Positions 1 to 9,539 of a stretch of 64,000 nt of DNA are shown piece after piece. The stretch is from an uncultured Nitrospiraceae bacterium (GTDB lineage Bacteria; Nitrospirota; Nitrospiria; Nitrospirales; Nitrospiraceae). The stretch is taken from assembly GCA_963730935.1 (NCBI GenBank), contig CAVSTP010000002.1, forward strand, positions 192,001 through 256,000. Reading direction: 5' to 3'. How positions within the stretch are numbered: position 1 is the stretch's first letter; each line of letters begins with the position of its first letter. A program made the translations under genes and the position numbers. A model generated the notes under the pieces. That model saw only the letters and a program-made list of their open reading frames with translations. It had not been told where the DNA came from and ran no database searches.

Positions 1-923
1 GCTTCAATTGCGGCCGCATCTAGGATCTGATGGCCAGAACTTTTTTGAACGGAGACTTCGGCCAGATGGCCGTCGGCTCGAATGACGGCTTTCAAAATGA
101 CTTTACCTTCTTGGCCGTTCAAGCGGGCCGAACTGGGATATCGCTTCAGCTCAGCGACCCGTCTCCAGAGCGACTCGGCGAGCCAGCGATGATCTACCTT
201 GACGTCGGGTCCAGAGGCTGCTTTTGCGGTCTGCATCGGCGCTTCCTGCGAAGCGGAATTGGGAGGCGACGACACAGCCGACGCCGACTCCGCTGAAGAA
301 ACGAGAGATTCTGACGCCGATGGTTTCGCGGGAGTTTCCATCGGCCGAGATTCGACCGCTTCTGTCGGCTGCCTGTGCGCAATCACCGGATCCGCAGGCG
401 GAACCGAATCAGTTTCCCTCGGGGCCGTCACTTGTTCGGGCTGTGGCTTGGGAGCCTCGACGATCTGCTGGTCAACCGACTCGGCGATCTTTTCTTGAAC
501 AGGCTTCACCGGCGCTGTTACCGGTTCGGTGTTCGCCGGTGGCGCCGGCTCTTCTCGCTGTTCGACCGGCTTCGGCGGCGGCGCCTCAGGATGCACCATC
601 TGCACGGTTTGCTGCGGCGCAACCCGCTGCACGACGGTGTCCGGTACCGATTCGACAGGCCGCGAAGCGGCCACACGTGGGGGCGGTTGTACTGTCGGGA
701 TGACCTGCTTGACCGGGTCCGGCGCTGGCAGTGGGGTTGGCTCCGATGTTGAATCCGATTTCACCGGCTCAACCAAGGCCACGTCCCACTTAAAGGGTTC
801 TTCTTGAAAAACGGGTCGGACTTGGGCGGCAAAGAGCATCGCCAGGACGACCACGATCCCGTGTAGTGTCAGCGAGACACCCCAAGCGGGAATGAGAAAA
901 CGATTTTCGTTCACGCACGTCAT
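1..923 (-). CDS. tonB: TonB family energy transducer (3' end runs off the window edge)
   Basis: Not in the ORF track because it is open-ended. Translated from ATG 923: N-terminal TM helix (WGVSLTLHGIVVVLAMLF), long Pro/Glu-rich linker, then a TonB C-terminal domain (KRYPSSARLNGQEGKVILKAVIRADGHLAEVSVQKSSGHQILDAAAIEA). Confidence 0.85.
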   Translation of the reverse strand, partial: MTCVNENRFLIPAWGVSLTLHGIVVVLAMLFAAQVRPVFQEEPFKWDVALVEPVKSDSTSEPTPLPAPDPVKQVIPTVQPPPRVAASRPVESVPDTVVQRVAPQQTVQMVHPEAPPPKPVEQREEPAPPANTEPVTAPVKPVQEKIAESVDQQIVEAPKPQPEQVTAPRETDSVPPADPVIAHRQPTEAVESRPMETPAKPSASESLVSSAESASAVSSPPNSASQEAPMQTAKAASGPDVKVDHRWLAESLWRRVAELKRYPSSARLNGQEGKVILKAVIRADGHLAEVSVQKSSGHQILDAAAIE

Positions 924-1010
924 GCGGAAAGCACCATCTAATAGAGATTGCCCAGACGAGGCCGGTCCTCTGAGAAAACCGGACCAGAACGCGTATACCG
1001 TCAGACTAGG

Positions 1011-1319
1011 CTAGGTAAGGGGGTTCGGTGGACCGCGGGAGACGGGTGAAGAAGAGAAGTTGCTCGAACAGACGGACGGTGCACAGAATTCGAGAAGCGA
1101 GACCGGCGAACGCTCGACCAGCGCAGGAGCGGTCACCGTATCGAGGACCTGACCCGCGGCGCACATCCAGTTGCAAAGCACGGTAGCATGCGCGGCTTTA
1201 TGATGATGCGCGTGGTGAGATTCGTGTGAAATGGATTGCGCCGAGGCGAGCCCTCCGACAGCGAGCAGGCAGAGGACTAATAAGAGGGCGAGCGATTGCT
1301 TCATCAACCGAGGCGTCAT
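1011..1319 (-). CDS. Small secreted His/Cys-rich protein ending in RGPP (DUF2946/CruR-like leader, putative arrest peptide)
   Basis: Signal peptide (MKQSLALLLVLCLLAVGGLASA), HESHHAHHHKAAH, CNWMC, and C-terminal SRGPPNPLT. Start is ATG 1319 or ATG 1304; the longer ORF-track start overlaps secA. Confidence 0.7.
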   Translation of the reverse strand: MTPRLMKQSLALLLVLCLLAVGGLASAQSISHESHHAHHHKAAHATVLCNWMCAAGQVLDTVTAPALVERSPVSLLEFCAPSVCSSNFSSSPVSRGPPNPLT

Positions 1320-1512
1320 AGCGTTCCGCACTACCAAGACCGGTCGAGACGATGGTACCCAACCGGATGGGAGAGCGTCAAGCATGAGGGATCGGAACCC
1401 ATTGTCTTCCTGATAGGATTCAGAAAATGTTTCCGGTATACTGCCTGAACTGGGTTGCCGCCACCCCGGCATCCTCTCCATAACAAAGATCCGGAGCAAT
1501 CCCGAACGCACG

Positions 1513-4227
1513 ATGCTGACACAACTTCTGAATCTTATTTTCGGCAGCAAGAACGACCGTGAAATCAAGGCCTTGATGCCAATCGTCCAGCGCATCAACG
1601 CCCTGGAACCGGAGCTGACTCCGCTGTCCGATCACGCCCTGGCCGACAAAACGCAGGCCTTCAAGAAGCGCTTGGCTGTCGACGAAACCCTTGACGATAT
1701 TCTTCCTGAAGCGTTCGCGGTCTGTCGGGAGATGTCCCGCCGAAAGCTCAACATGCGGCATTTCGACGTGCAGCTGATCGGCGGAATGATCTTGCACAAG
1801 GGCCGGATCTCCGAAATGAAGACCGGCGAAGGCAAAACGCTCGTCGCGACGTTGCCGATCTATCTCAACGCCCTCGAGGGCAAAGGCGCCCATCTGGTCA
1901 CGGTCAACGACTACCTGGCTAAACGCGACGCACAGTGGATGGGGCAGCTCTACCATGCGCTCGGCCTCTCCACAGGCGTCATCCAGCATGATGCCTCGTT
2001 CATCTACGACCCGACGTACGATGCCGCCGACAAGCGGCTGCAGCATCTTCGCCCCTGCACCAGATTCGAGGCATACCGCGCCGACATTACGTACGGCACG
2101 AACAACGAATACGGGTTCGACTACCTTCGTGACAATCTCGTCGTGACGGCCTTGGATCAATGCGTGCAGCGCGAACTGAATTTCGGGATCGTGGACGAAG
2201 TGGATAGCATCCTGATCGACGAAGCACGGACGCCGCTGATCATTTCCGGCCCGACCGACCAGACGACGGACCTTTATTACCGCATCAATGCCATCATTCC
2301 GCAGCTCAAGCCGGAACACGACTACACGATAGAAGAGAAGACCAAGACCGCCGCGCTCACGGAAGAAGGCAATGTGCGCGTGGAAAAGCTATTGGGCGTC
2401 GACAATCTCTATGATGCCGACAACATGGATCTCGTGCACCACGTCGTGAAGGCCCTGCAGGCCTATGCGCTGTACAAGCGCGATGTGGACTATGTGGTCA
2501 AGGACGGGGAAGTGATCATCGTAGACGAATTCACCGGGCGATTGATGCCCGGACGTCGATGGAGCGACGGCTTGCACCAGGCGGTTGAAGCCAAAGAGGG
2601 CGTCAAAATCGCCAACGAGAATCAGACGCTGGCCTCGGTGACCTTCCAGAACTATTTCCGCATGTACAAGAAACTGGGCGGCATGACCGGCACGGCCGAC
2701 ACCGAGGCGGCGGAATTCGCAAAGATCTACAACCTTGACGTGAACGTCGTCCCGACAAACCGGAAAATGATCCGGCTGGACTATGCCGACGTCGTGTACC
2801 GCACGGAGAAGGAAAAATTCGCCGCGATCGTCGAAGAGATCAAGGACTGTCACCAACGGGGACAGCCGGTACTGGTCGGCACGATCTCCATCGAGAAATC
2901 GGAAAAAATTGCCGGCATGCTCAACCGCAACGGCATCAAACACAACGTGCTCAACGCAAAACAGCACGAACGGGAAGCCGAGATCGTCGCGCAGGCCGGC
3001 CGCAAGGGCGCCGTGACGATCGCGACGAACATGGCGGGACGCGGGACGGACATCCTTTTAGGCGGCAATGCCGACTTCATGTTCAAGCAGGTCCTCTATC
3101 GTGAGGAAGACTTGCCGGACGAGCGGAAGCTTACCGTCTATGAAGAGATCCGCACGGATTGCGAGAAGAACAAGCAGGAGGTGCTCGGCCTCGGCGGACT
3201 CCATATCCTGGGAACGGAACGGCACGAGAGCCGCCGTATCGACAACCAGCTGCGAGGCCGTGCGGGCCGTCAGGGCGATCCGGGCTCGTCCCGGTTCTAT
3301 CTGTCGCTTGAAGACGACCTGATGCGCATCTTCGCTTCCGAACGTGTCTCGCAGCTCATGCTCAAGCTCGGCATGGAAGAAGGCATCCCGATCGAGCACG
3401 GGATGGTTACGCGCGCCATTGCCAACGCCCAAAAGAAGGTCGAAGCGCACAATTTTGAGATCCGCAAACAACTGCTTGAGTACGACGACGTCATGAACAA
3501 GCAGCGGGAAGTGATCTACCAGCACCGACGGGCTGTCCTGAGCGGCGAAAACCTGTCTGACGACCTGCGACAGATGATGGGAGCGATGGTCGAGTCCGCG
3601 CTCAATGTCTATTGCCCTGCCGAACAGTATCCGGAAGAGTGGGACATGAAAGGTCTCACCGAGATGATGCAGGGCCAGTTCGGGCTGGACATCACGCAAG
3701 GTAAGCAGGACAGCGGCGAATCGCTCAGGGACGTCGGCCGGGACGCGCTCCTTGAAGATCTGAAGGCCCAGGTCCAGGACGCCTGCGAACGGAAGGAAAA
3801 GGAACTGGGGCCGGAACTCATGCGGTTCCTGGAGAAGAATTTCATGCTGCAGGTGATCGACCATCATTGGAAGGACCATCTGCTGGCGATGGACCATTTA
3901 CGCGACGGCATCGGCCTGCGCGGGTACGGCCAGAAAGATCCGCTGATCGAATACAAACGCGAAGGATACGACCTATTCGCCGGCATGATGGAACGCATTA
4001 AGTCGGACACCATCGAACGGCTCTTCCTGGTGCAAGCCGTTCGTGAAGGTGAGCGCTCCGCCCCTCCGCCTCCCGTGATATCACGGCCGCAGCCGAAACT
4101 CACGTTGAATCGCGGGGAAGAACCGGTTTCCACGCAAACAGTCCATCGCAGTGACGATAAGGTGGGGCGCAATGACCCCTGTCCCTGTGGCTCCGGCAAA
4201 AAATATAAGAAGTGCCACGGGGCGTAG
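1513..4227 (+). CDS. secA: Preprotein translocase subunit SecA
   Basis: MKTGEGKT Walker [30 protein letters not shown], and a C-terminal SEC-C zinc motif ([19 protein letters not shown]). Confidence 0.99.
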   Translation: MLTQLLNLIFGSKNDREIKALMPIVQRINALEPELTPLSDHALADKTQAFKKRLAVDETLDDILPEAFAVCREMSRRKLNMRHFDVQLIGGMILHKGRISEMKTGEGKTLVATLPIYLNALEGKGAHLVTVNDYLAKRDAQWMGQLYHALGLSTGVIQHDASFIYDPTYDAADKRLQHLRPCTRFEAYRADITYGTNNEYGFDYLRDNLVVTALDQCVQRELNFGIVDEVDSILIDEARTPLIISGPTDQTTDLYYRINAIIPQLKPEHDYTIEEKTKTAALTEEGNVRVEKLLGVDNLYDADNMDLVHHVVKALQAYALYKRDVDYVVKDGEVIIVDEFTGRLMPGRRWSDGLHQAVEAKEGVKIANENQTLASVTFQNYFRMYKKLGGMTGTADTEAAEFAKIYNLDVNVVPTNRKMIRLDYADVVYRTEKEKFAAIVEEIKDCHQRGQPVLVGTISIEKSEKIAGMLNRNGIKHNVLNAKQHEREAEIVAQAGRKGAVTIATNMAGRGTDILLGGNADFMFKQVLYREEDLPDERKLTVYEEIRTDCEKNKQEVLGLGGLHILGTERHESRRIDNQLRGRAGRQGDPGSSRFYLSLEDDLMRIFASERVSQLMLKLGMEEGIPIEHGMVTRAIANAQKKVEAHNFEIRKQLLEYDDVMNKQREVIYQHRRAVLSGENLSDDLRQMMGAMVESALNVYCPAEQYPEEWDMKGLTEMMQGQFGLDITQGKQDSGESLRDVGRDALLEDLKAQVQDACERKEKELGPELMRFLEKNFMLQVIDHHWKDHLLAMDHLRDGIGLRGYGQKDPLIEYKREGYDLFAGMMERIKSDTIERLFLVQAVREGERSAPPPPVISRPQPKLTLNRGEEPVSTQTVHRSDDKVGRNDPCPCGSGKKYKKCHGA

Positions 4228-4257
4228 GATAGGATCGCTGCGCCCGCCTCTCCCACG

Positions 4258-4813
4258 CGTCAATTCGACCGTTCTAGATCTCACTACTGCTTGGCATCGA
4301 AACTAGTTCCGTTCCATGCGAGGCATGAACGGAACGTCGAACATCGACGCCACTCGCTTTCAGCGAGCCGCATCCGTTCGACAGAACGGTTCCCGAATTG
4401 CCGCAAAGGTCGAGAGATGGCGCAGCGGTCCTTGAAGGAGGACGAAGATAGTGAGTGGGTCCCGGCTTCTCCGGCAAAGTAAGCGAATAGCTCAGCGGCG
4501 TGCTAAGAGGGTGGAATCCTGCCCCCAGCCTTCGCGATTCGCAAATCCCGGACTAACGAGGCCGGAAGGGTGAGGGAGGACAAAGAACGGTGTTCGATTA
4601 TTGAGTGAGATTCGGAATCATCCATCCTTCCCAAAGGGAAATCGCAGCGCTTTGCGAGTGACTTGCCGACAATTCGGGAACCGTTCCGACGAACCAATTG
4701 CACCCTACCAGAGGTGGGTGACGCCGATGTCTGAAGTTCCGTCCCGCGACGCGTCGGACGGAACGAGTTTCGGCGTCTAGCAGTTGGTGAGGAAGGAATC
4801 GGTCGAATTGACG
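4258..4813. other. Large non-coding fold-back element (long imperfect inverted repeat; candidate structured ncRNA or palindromic mobile element)
   Basis: Perfect 14-bp IR 4258-4271/4800-4813 and perfect 17-bp IR 4384-4400/4670-4686. Imperfect pairing continues across ~4258-4450 vs ~4618-4813 on one symmetry axis (~4535), with an inner hairpin at 4462-4565. No credible ORF. Confidence 0.8.
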
Positions 4814-4856
4814 GCTCGGAACGAGCGAGAGCGCTGCAATTCTCCCTTATTCCACC

Positions 4857-4886
4857 TTGACTTAGCGCAGTTGCAAAGGCTACTCT
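4857..4886 (+). promoter_or_regulatory. Putative sigma70 promoter of the midA-nuo region
   Basis: TTGACT-N18-TACTCT about 105 nt upstream of the start at 4991. Confidence 0.45.
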
Positions 4887-4990
4887 ACGCCACTTTTGGG
4901 CTCAGTGTAGGTGGGCGCGGCTGACCCATCTGCTATGGGTGTCACTATTTTTCGCATTTTTTCGCATCGATCCTTTCTGAGGACCTTGTT

Positions 4991-6166
4991 GTGACGACCG
5001 GTCATCCCGAACTGGTTGCTGCCATCGCCTCCGAGATCGGCCGTCATGGGCCGATTACCTTCGCCCGCTTCATGGAACTTGCGCTGTACCACCCGCAGTT
5101 CGGCTACTATATGCGCCCGTCGGATCCCGGCACGGAGCGAATCGGCTGGGATGGAGATTTTTATACCAGTTCGGACGTTCACCCGATCCTCGGACAGGCG
5201 ATGGCGAAGCAGGCAGCCCAGGTCGACGCACTGCTGGGCTACCCGGATCCCTTCACGATCGTCGAAATGGGACCCGGCAAAGGTCTCCTGGCCAAGCATC
5301 TGTTGTCGCATTGTCAGCTGATGTCCAAATCCTTGGCTCAACGGCTGCGTTATGTGCTCATCGAATGCAGCCCGGCCATGCGCGCACTTCAGCAAGAACA
5401 GCTGAGACCTTGGCTCAGGCACTCGGGTCCGGTGAGTTGGCTGGAAGACATCAGCAGCCTCGCGCCCGGCAGTATCACAGGCCTCATGTTCAGCAATGAA
5501 TTGACGGATGCCTTTCCTGTGCATCGGGTAGAAAAAGTCGGCCATGGCCTCAAGGAAATCTTCGTGGAGGTCCGGGACGGGCGGTTTGTGGAGCGCTTAC
5601 AGGAAGTGTCGACGCCTGAGATCAAAGACTATTTTCGAGGTTTGCACATTGATCTCCCTGAAGGATATCGCACAGAGATCAATCTCCAAGCGCCCGTCTG
5701 GATGCGGCAGGTCGCGGCAAGCATGAACCGCGGCGTCGTAATTACGATCGACTATGGACATTCGGCCGAGGACCTCTACGGTCCTCAACGGTCAAAAGGC
5801 ACGCTGCTCTGCTACCGCTCACAGATGGCGTCCGAAGATCCCTTTGTGCGGGTGGGCTTACAAGATATGACCGCGCACGTGGACTTTACGACGCTGGCCA
5901 CGGCGGGCGAGGAGGCCGGACTCTCCGTGACCGGCTTTACCAATCAAATGAGCTTCCTGATGGGGCTCGGCGTCGAAGAGATGATCGCGCAACTGACGCC
6001 GGAAACTCCGGAATTTCGAGCGGCCCTGCATCTGCTCAAGCCCGAGGGCATGGGACGGACCTTTAAAATTCTTGTCCAGCACAAGGGCCTCGAGGCGCCC
6101 ACCCTCGACGGATTGATCTTCAAACCGTTTTTCGGGTCAGCATTGAGCCGCCACGCTGCGGCGTAA
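4991..6166 (+). CDS. SAM-dependent methyltransferase, MidA/NDUFAF7 family
   Basis: FARFMELALYHPQFGYY, GDFYTS, VEMGPGKG, FSNELTDAFP, IDYG and DMTAHVDF are hallmark MidA motifs. GTG start. Confidence 0.9.
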   Translation: MTTGHPELVAAIASEIGRHGPITFARFMELALYHPQFGYYMRPSDPGTERIGWDGDFYTSSDVHPILGQAMAKQAAQVDALLGYPDPFTIVEMGPGKGLLAKHLLSHCQLMSKSLAQRLRYVLIECSPAMRALQQEQLRPWLRHSGPVSWLEDISSLAPGSITGLMFSNELTDAFPVHRVEKVGHGLKEIFVEVRDGRFVERLQEVSTPEIKDYFRGLHIDLPEGYRTEINLQAPVWMRQVAASMNRGVVITIDYGHSAEDLYGPQRSKGTLLCYRSQMASEDPFVRVGLQDMTAHVDFTTLATAGEEAGLSVTGFTNQMSFLMGLGVEEMIAQLTPETPEFRAALHLLKPEGMGRTFKILVQHKGLEAPTLDGLIFKPFFGSALSRHAAA

Positions 6167-6180
6167 GGATTGAAAGGGTC

Positions 6181-6552
6181 ATGGCGGACGAAGCCGTTCC
6201 ATTGAATTATCTGCCGATCCTCTTGTTTATCGGCATTTCGATCGCATTCGCCGCGATTCAGCTTCTGGCCGGGCGTCTCGTCCGCCCGCATCGTCCCTAC
6301 CGCGCCAAACTGAATCCCTACGAGAGTGGGAGCCCCTTGTTTTCTGACGCGCGTGTCCAGTTTCCGATGCGCTACTACATCATCGCCATGCTCTTCGTCA
6401 TCTTCGACATCGAAGTGATTTTCATCATTCCGTGGGCGGTGCGCTTCCAATCGCTCGGCCTCCTGGGCCTCGTCGAGATGCTAGTGTTCATCGCAATCCT
6501 TCTCGTGGGACTCTGGTATGCGTGGAAGAAGGGAGCGCTCGAATGGGATTGA
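6181..6552 (+). CDS. nuoA: NADH-quinone oxidoreductase subunit A
   Basis: Three TM helices; KLNPYESG, FVIFDIE, WKKGALEW. Confidence 0.97.
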   Translation: MADEAVPLNYLPILLFIGISIAFAAIQLLAGRLVRPHRPYRAKLNPYESGSPLFSDARVQFPMRYYIIAMLFVIFDIEVIFIIPWAVRFQSLGLLGLVEMLVFIAILLVGLWYAWKKGALEWD

Positions 6553-6564
6553 GTGTGTGCAATT

Positions 6565-6661
6565 GAGGACGAGCGACCTAGCCGTCTCCCTTGCTCGCGG
6601 AACGCGGCACACACTATCAATCATACGCGCGCAGTGGGAGCCAGCTAGGGCACTCATCCTC
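6565..6661. repeat. Palindromic intergenic element between nuoA and nuoB
   Basis: GAGGACGAGCGACCTAGC (6565-6582) pairs with GCTAGGGCACTCATCCTC (6644-6661) at 15/18 positions; inner CTCCC/GGGAG. Confidence 0.6.
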
Positions 6662-6757
6662 TTTCTCGCTGGAGATGTATGGGGAACGATATGAAGAAAA
6701 CTTCAAGAAGAGGGTGCGTTAGAATGGGATTGAGGTGGGAAGAAAGGTGAGAGGAAG

Positions 6758-7237
6758 ATGAGCGTCTTTGAAAGACAATTTGAGGCCAATATCATTACCA
6801 CCAATCTGGATGCGGTCGTGAACTGGTCCAGGAAGTCGGCCCTGTGGCCGATGACCTTCGGCCTCGCCTGCTGCGCGATCGAGATGATCGCCAGTGTGTC
6901 GTCGCGCTATGACATCGACCGATTCGGCGCGGGCGTCTTTCGCGCCTCGCCGCGCCAATCGGATCTCATGATCGTGGCAGGCACCGTCACCCGGAAGATG
7001 GCGCCCGTCATCCGGCGGATCTACGACCAAATGCCGGAGCCGCGCTACGTGATTTCGATGGGGTCCTGCGCGACGTCCGGCAACCACTACAACAGTTATG
7101 CGGTCGTGCAGGGCGTCGACCAGATCGTGCCGGTCGATGTGTACGTCCCCGGTTGCCCGCCGCGGCCGGAGGCGCTGATGGACGGGCTCTTGAAGCTGCA
7201 GGAAAAGATCCAGCGTGAAAAGGTGTTCGTGAAATAG
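6758..7237 (+). CDS. nuoB: NADH-quinone oxidoreductase subunit B
   Basis: [24 protein letters not shown] and PGCPPRPE (cluster N2 ligands). Confidence 0.98.
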   Translation: MSVFERQFEANIITTNLDAVVNWSRKSALWPMTFGLACCAIEMIASVSSRYDIDRFGAGVFRASPRQSDLMIVAGTVTRKMAPVIRRIYDQMPEPRYVISMGSCATSGNHYNSYAVVQGVDQIVPVDVYVPGCPPRPEALMDGLLKLQEKIQREKVFVK

Positions 7238-7239
7238 TC

Positions 7240-8988
7240 ATGGAATCGTTGGTTGAAACGTTGATGACGAGGTTTCCTCAGGCGGTGCTGTCCGTCGAGG
7301 CGGATACGGCACGCTCTGAGGTGAGCGTCCAAGTGGCGGCTGAGCGGATTCTCGATCTGGCGCGGTTCCTTCACGATGCGCCCGACGCCTCGTTCGACCA
7401 GTTGACGGATATCTGCTCGGTGGATTACCCGGAGGACCGGCAGCGGTTTGAAGTCGTCTATCATGTGCACTCGCTTTCTTACCGTCGCCGTCTCCGCGTG
7501 AAAGCCCGCCTGTCCGAAGACGATCCGACGATTGCCTCCGTGACCTCCGTCTGGAAGGGCGCGGATTTCCTCGAGCGGGAAGTCTACGACATGATGGGCA
7601 TCCGCTTCTCGGGTCATCCGGATCTGCGGCGGATTTTGTTGCCAGAAGATTACGCGGAAGGCTACCCGCTGAGAAAAGATTTTCCGGCCGAAGGCCGCGG
7701 CTGGCGCAGCCAGTTTGAGTTCATCCCGAGACTGGACGAACCGCCGGTCGAGCTCGCCGACGGCGAGATCCCCGAACCGCAGAAGGAGGCGTTCAGGGCC
7801 GAAGCGCCGTCGGACTCCCGGCGCCGGGAAGAGCTGTTGCTGAACATGGGGCCGCAGCATCCGAGCACGCATGGAGTACTCCGCGTCGTTCTCGAATTGG
7901 ACGGCGAGCGGATCGTGAAAGCCACGCCGGATCTGGGCTACCTGCACCGAGGAGTCGAGAAACTGTGCGAAGGGTTGGCCTACATGCAGGTCATCCCCCA
8001 TACGGACCGGCTCGACTACGTCTGCGCGATGGCGAACAACTATGCGTACGTACGCGCGGTCGAAAAGCTGCTCGGCATCACGATACCCGAGCGCGGGGAG
8101 TATATCCGTACGATCGTCGCGGAAATGCAGCGAATCGTCGGCCACCTCTTTTGGCTGGGAACGCAGGCCCTCGACATCGGTGCGATGACGGTGTTTTTCT
8201 GGACCTTCCGGGAGCGCGAGACGTTGCTGGATATGTTCGAGAAGCTCTGCGGCGCCCGTCTGACGCTGAACTATTATCGGATCGGCGGCGTCGACAGCGA
8301 TTTCACGCCCGAGCTGGTGCTGCGGCTGAAGACATTTCTCGACACGTTTCCCGACAACGTCAGAGAGTACGATTCGCTGATCGCCGCCAACCGCATCTGG
8401 CTCGGCCGCACCAAACATGTGGCGGTGATCTCGGCGGAGGATGCGATCAGCTTTGGCTGTACGGGGCCCGTGCTGCGCGGCTCCGGCGTTGCGTACGACG
8501 TCCGTAAATACGAGCCTTACGGCGTGTACGACAAGGTGGATTGGGAGGTACCGATCGGCAAGAACGGCGACACCTACGACCGGTATTGGGTGCGGATGGA
8601 AGAAATGCGGCAGAGCGCGCGGATCATCAAGCAGTGCTTGGATCAGTTGCCGCAAGGGCAGATCATGGCGGATGCGCCGCAATACATTCCGCCACCCAAA
8701 CCGCTCGTGATGCGTGACATGGAAAGCCTGATTCACCACTTCATTATTTTCACCCAGGGTTTCAAGCCGCCGAAAGCGGAGACCTACTGTGCGACGGAGG
8801 CGCCGAAGGGCGAACTGGGATTCTTCATCGTCAGCGACGGGAGCGCCCGGCCCTATCGTCTGAAGATCCGCGCTCCGTCCTTCGTCCACATGGGCGCCTT
8901 CGACCATATGGCGCGAGGCTATCTAATCTCCGATATCATCACGATTTTCGGCACATACGACATCGTGATGGGAGAATGCGATAGATGA
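7240..8988 (+). CDS. nuoCD: NADH-quinone oxidoreductase fused subunit C/D
   Basis: NuoC part (EREVYDMMGIRFSGHPDLRRIL) fused to NuoD part (NMGPQHPSTHGVLR, GYLHRGVEK, EAPKGELG, DIVMGECDR). Confidence 0.97.
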   Translation: MESLVETLMTRFPQAVLSVEADTARSEVSVQVAAERILDLARFLHDAPDASFDQLTDICSVDYPEDRQRFEVVYHVHSLSYRRRLRVKARLSEDDPTIASVTSVWKGADFLEREVYDMMGIRFSGHPDLRRILLPEDYAEGYPLRKDFPAEGRGWRSQFEFIPRLDEPPVELADGEIPEPQKEAFRAEAPSDSRRREELLLNMGPQHPSTHGVLRVVLELDGERIVKATPDLGYLHRGVEKLCEGLAYMQVIPHTDRLDYVCAMANNYAYVRAVEKLLGITIPERGEYIRTIVAEMQRIVGHLFWLGTQALDIGAMTVFFWTFRERETLLDMFEKLCGARLTLNYYRIGGVDSDFTPELVLRLKTFLDTFPDNVREYDSLIAANRIWLGRTKHVAVISAEDAISFGCTGPVLRGSGVAYDVRKYEPYGVYDKVDWEVPIGKNGDTYDRYWVRMEEMRQSARIIKQCLDQLPQGQIMADAPQYIPPPKPLVMRDMESLIHHFIIFTQGFKPPKAETYCATEAPKGELGFFIVSDGSARPYRLKIRAPSFVHMGAFDHMARGYLISDIITIFGTYDIVMGECDR

Positions 8989-8989
8989 C

Positions 8990-9535
8990 ATGCTGAAAGA
9001 GAAGCACCAACAGGAAATCGACGACATCGTGAGCCGGTATCCGCTCAAGCGGTCGGCCTTGATCCCGCTGCTCTATCTGGCCCAGCGGGAACGGGGCTAT
9101 ATCACCGAAGCGGCGATGGTCGAGATTGCGGGGATCTTAAAATTGACGCCTCCACAAGTTTACGAGACCGTCACCTTCTACACGATGCTCAATTTGAAGC
9201 AGGTGGGAAAGTTCCATATTCAAGTCTGTAAATCCCTGATGTGCGCGCTCGTGGGATCGGACACATTGATCGGCTGGATCAAAGCCAAACTCGGGATCGG
9301 ACCCGGCGAGACGACACCGGACGGCGCCTTTACGCTTTCCACCGTGGAATGCCTCGCAGCCTGCGGCACCGGCCCGATGATGCAGATCAACGACGATTAC
9401 TACGAGCGGCTGACGGAAGAGAAGCTCGACCGCATTTTGTCGGACCTCAGGTCGACCGGGTCATCCGCATTGAAAACTGGTCCCTTCATGTGGCCGGAAC
9501 CGCTTGCAGCGAAAGGGGACACGTCGCTACGTTGA
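8990..9535 (+). CDS. nuoE: NADH-quinone oxidoreductase subunit E
   Basis: 2Fe-2S ligands CKSLMC and CLAACG; position in the operon. Confidence 0.95.
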   Translation: MLKEKHQQEIDDIVSRYPLKRSALIPLLYLAQRERGYITEAAMVEIAGILKLTPPQVYETVTFYTMLNLKQVGKFHIQVCKSLMCALVGSDTLIGWIKAKLGIGPGETTPDGAFTLSTVECLAACGTGPMMQINDDYYERLTEEKLDRILSDLRSTGSSALKTGPFMWPEPLAAKGDTSLR

Positions 9536-9539
9536 GCGT

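Noticed and set aside
4482..4542. tRNA-like start (GCGAATAGCTCAG) and a c-di-GMP-I-like fragment (CGCAAA..CCGGACTAA) just downstream
   Set aside because: There is no cloverleaf, T-loop GTTCRA or anticodon arm, and the riboswitch P1/P2 elements are absent. Both fragments are better explained as part of the larger fold-back element.
4274..4703. Short ORFs (63-67 aa) in the secA-midA gap
   Set aside because: No RBS or recognisable motifs, and they lie inside the palindromic element.
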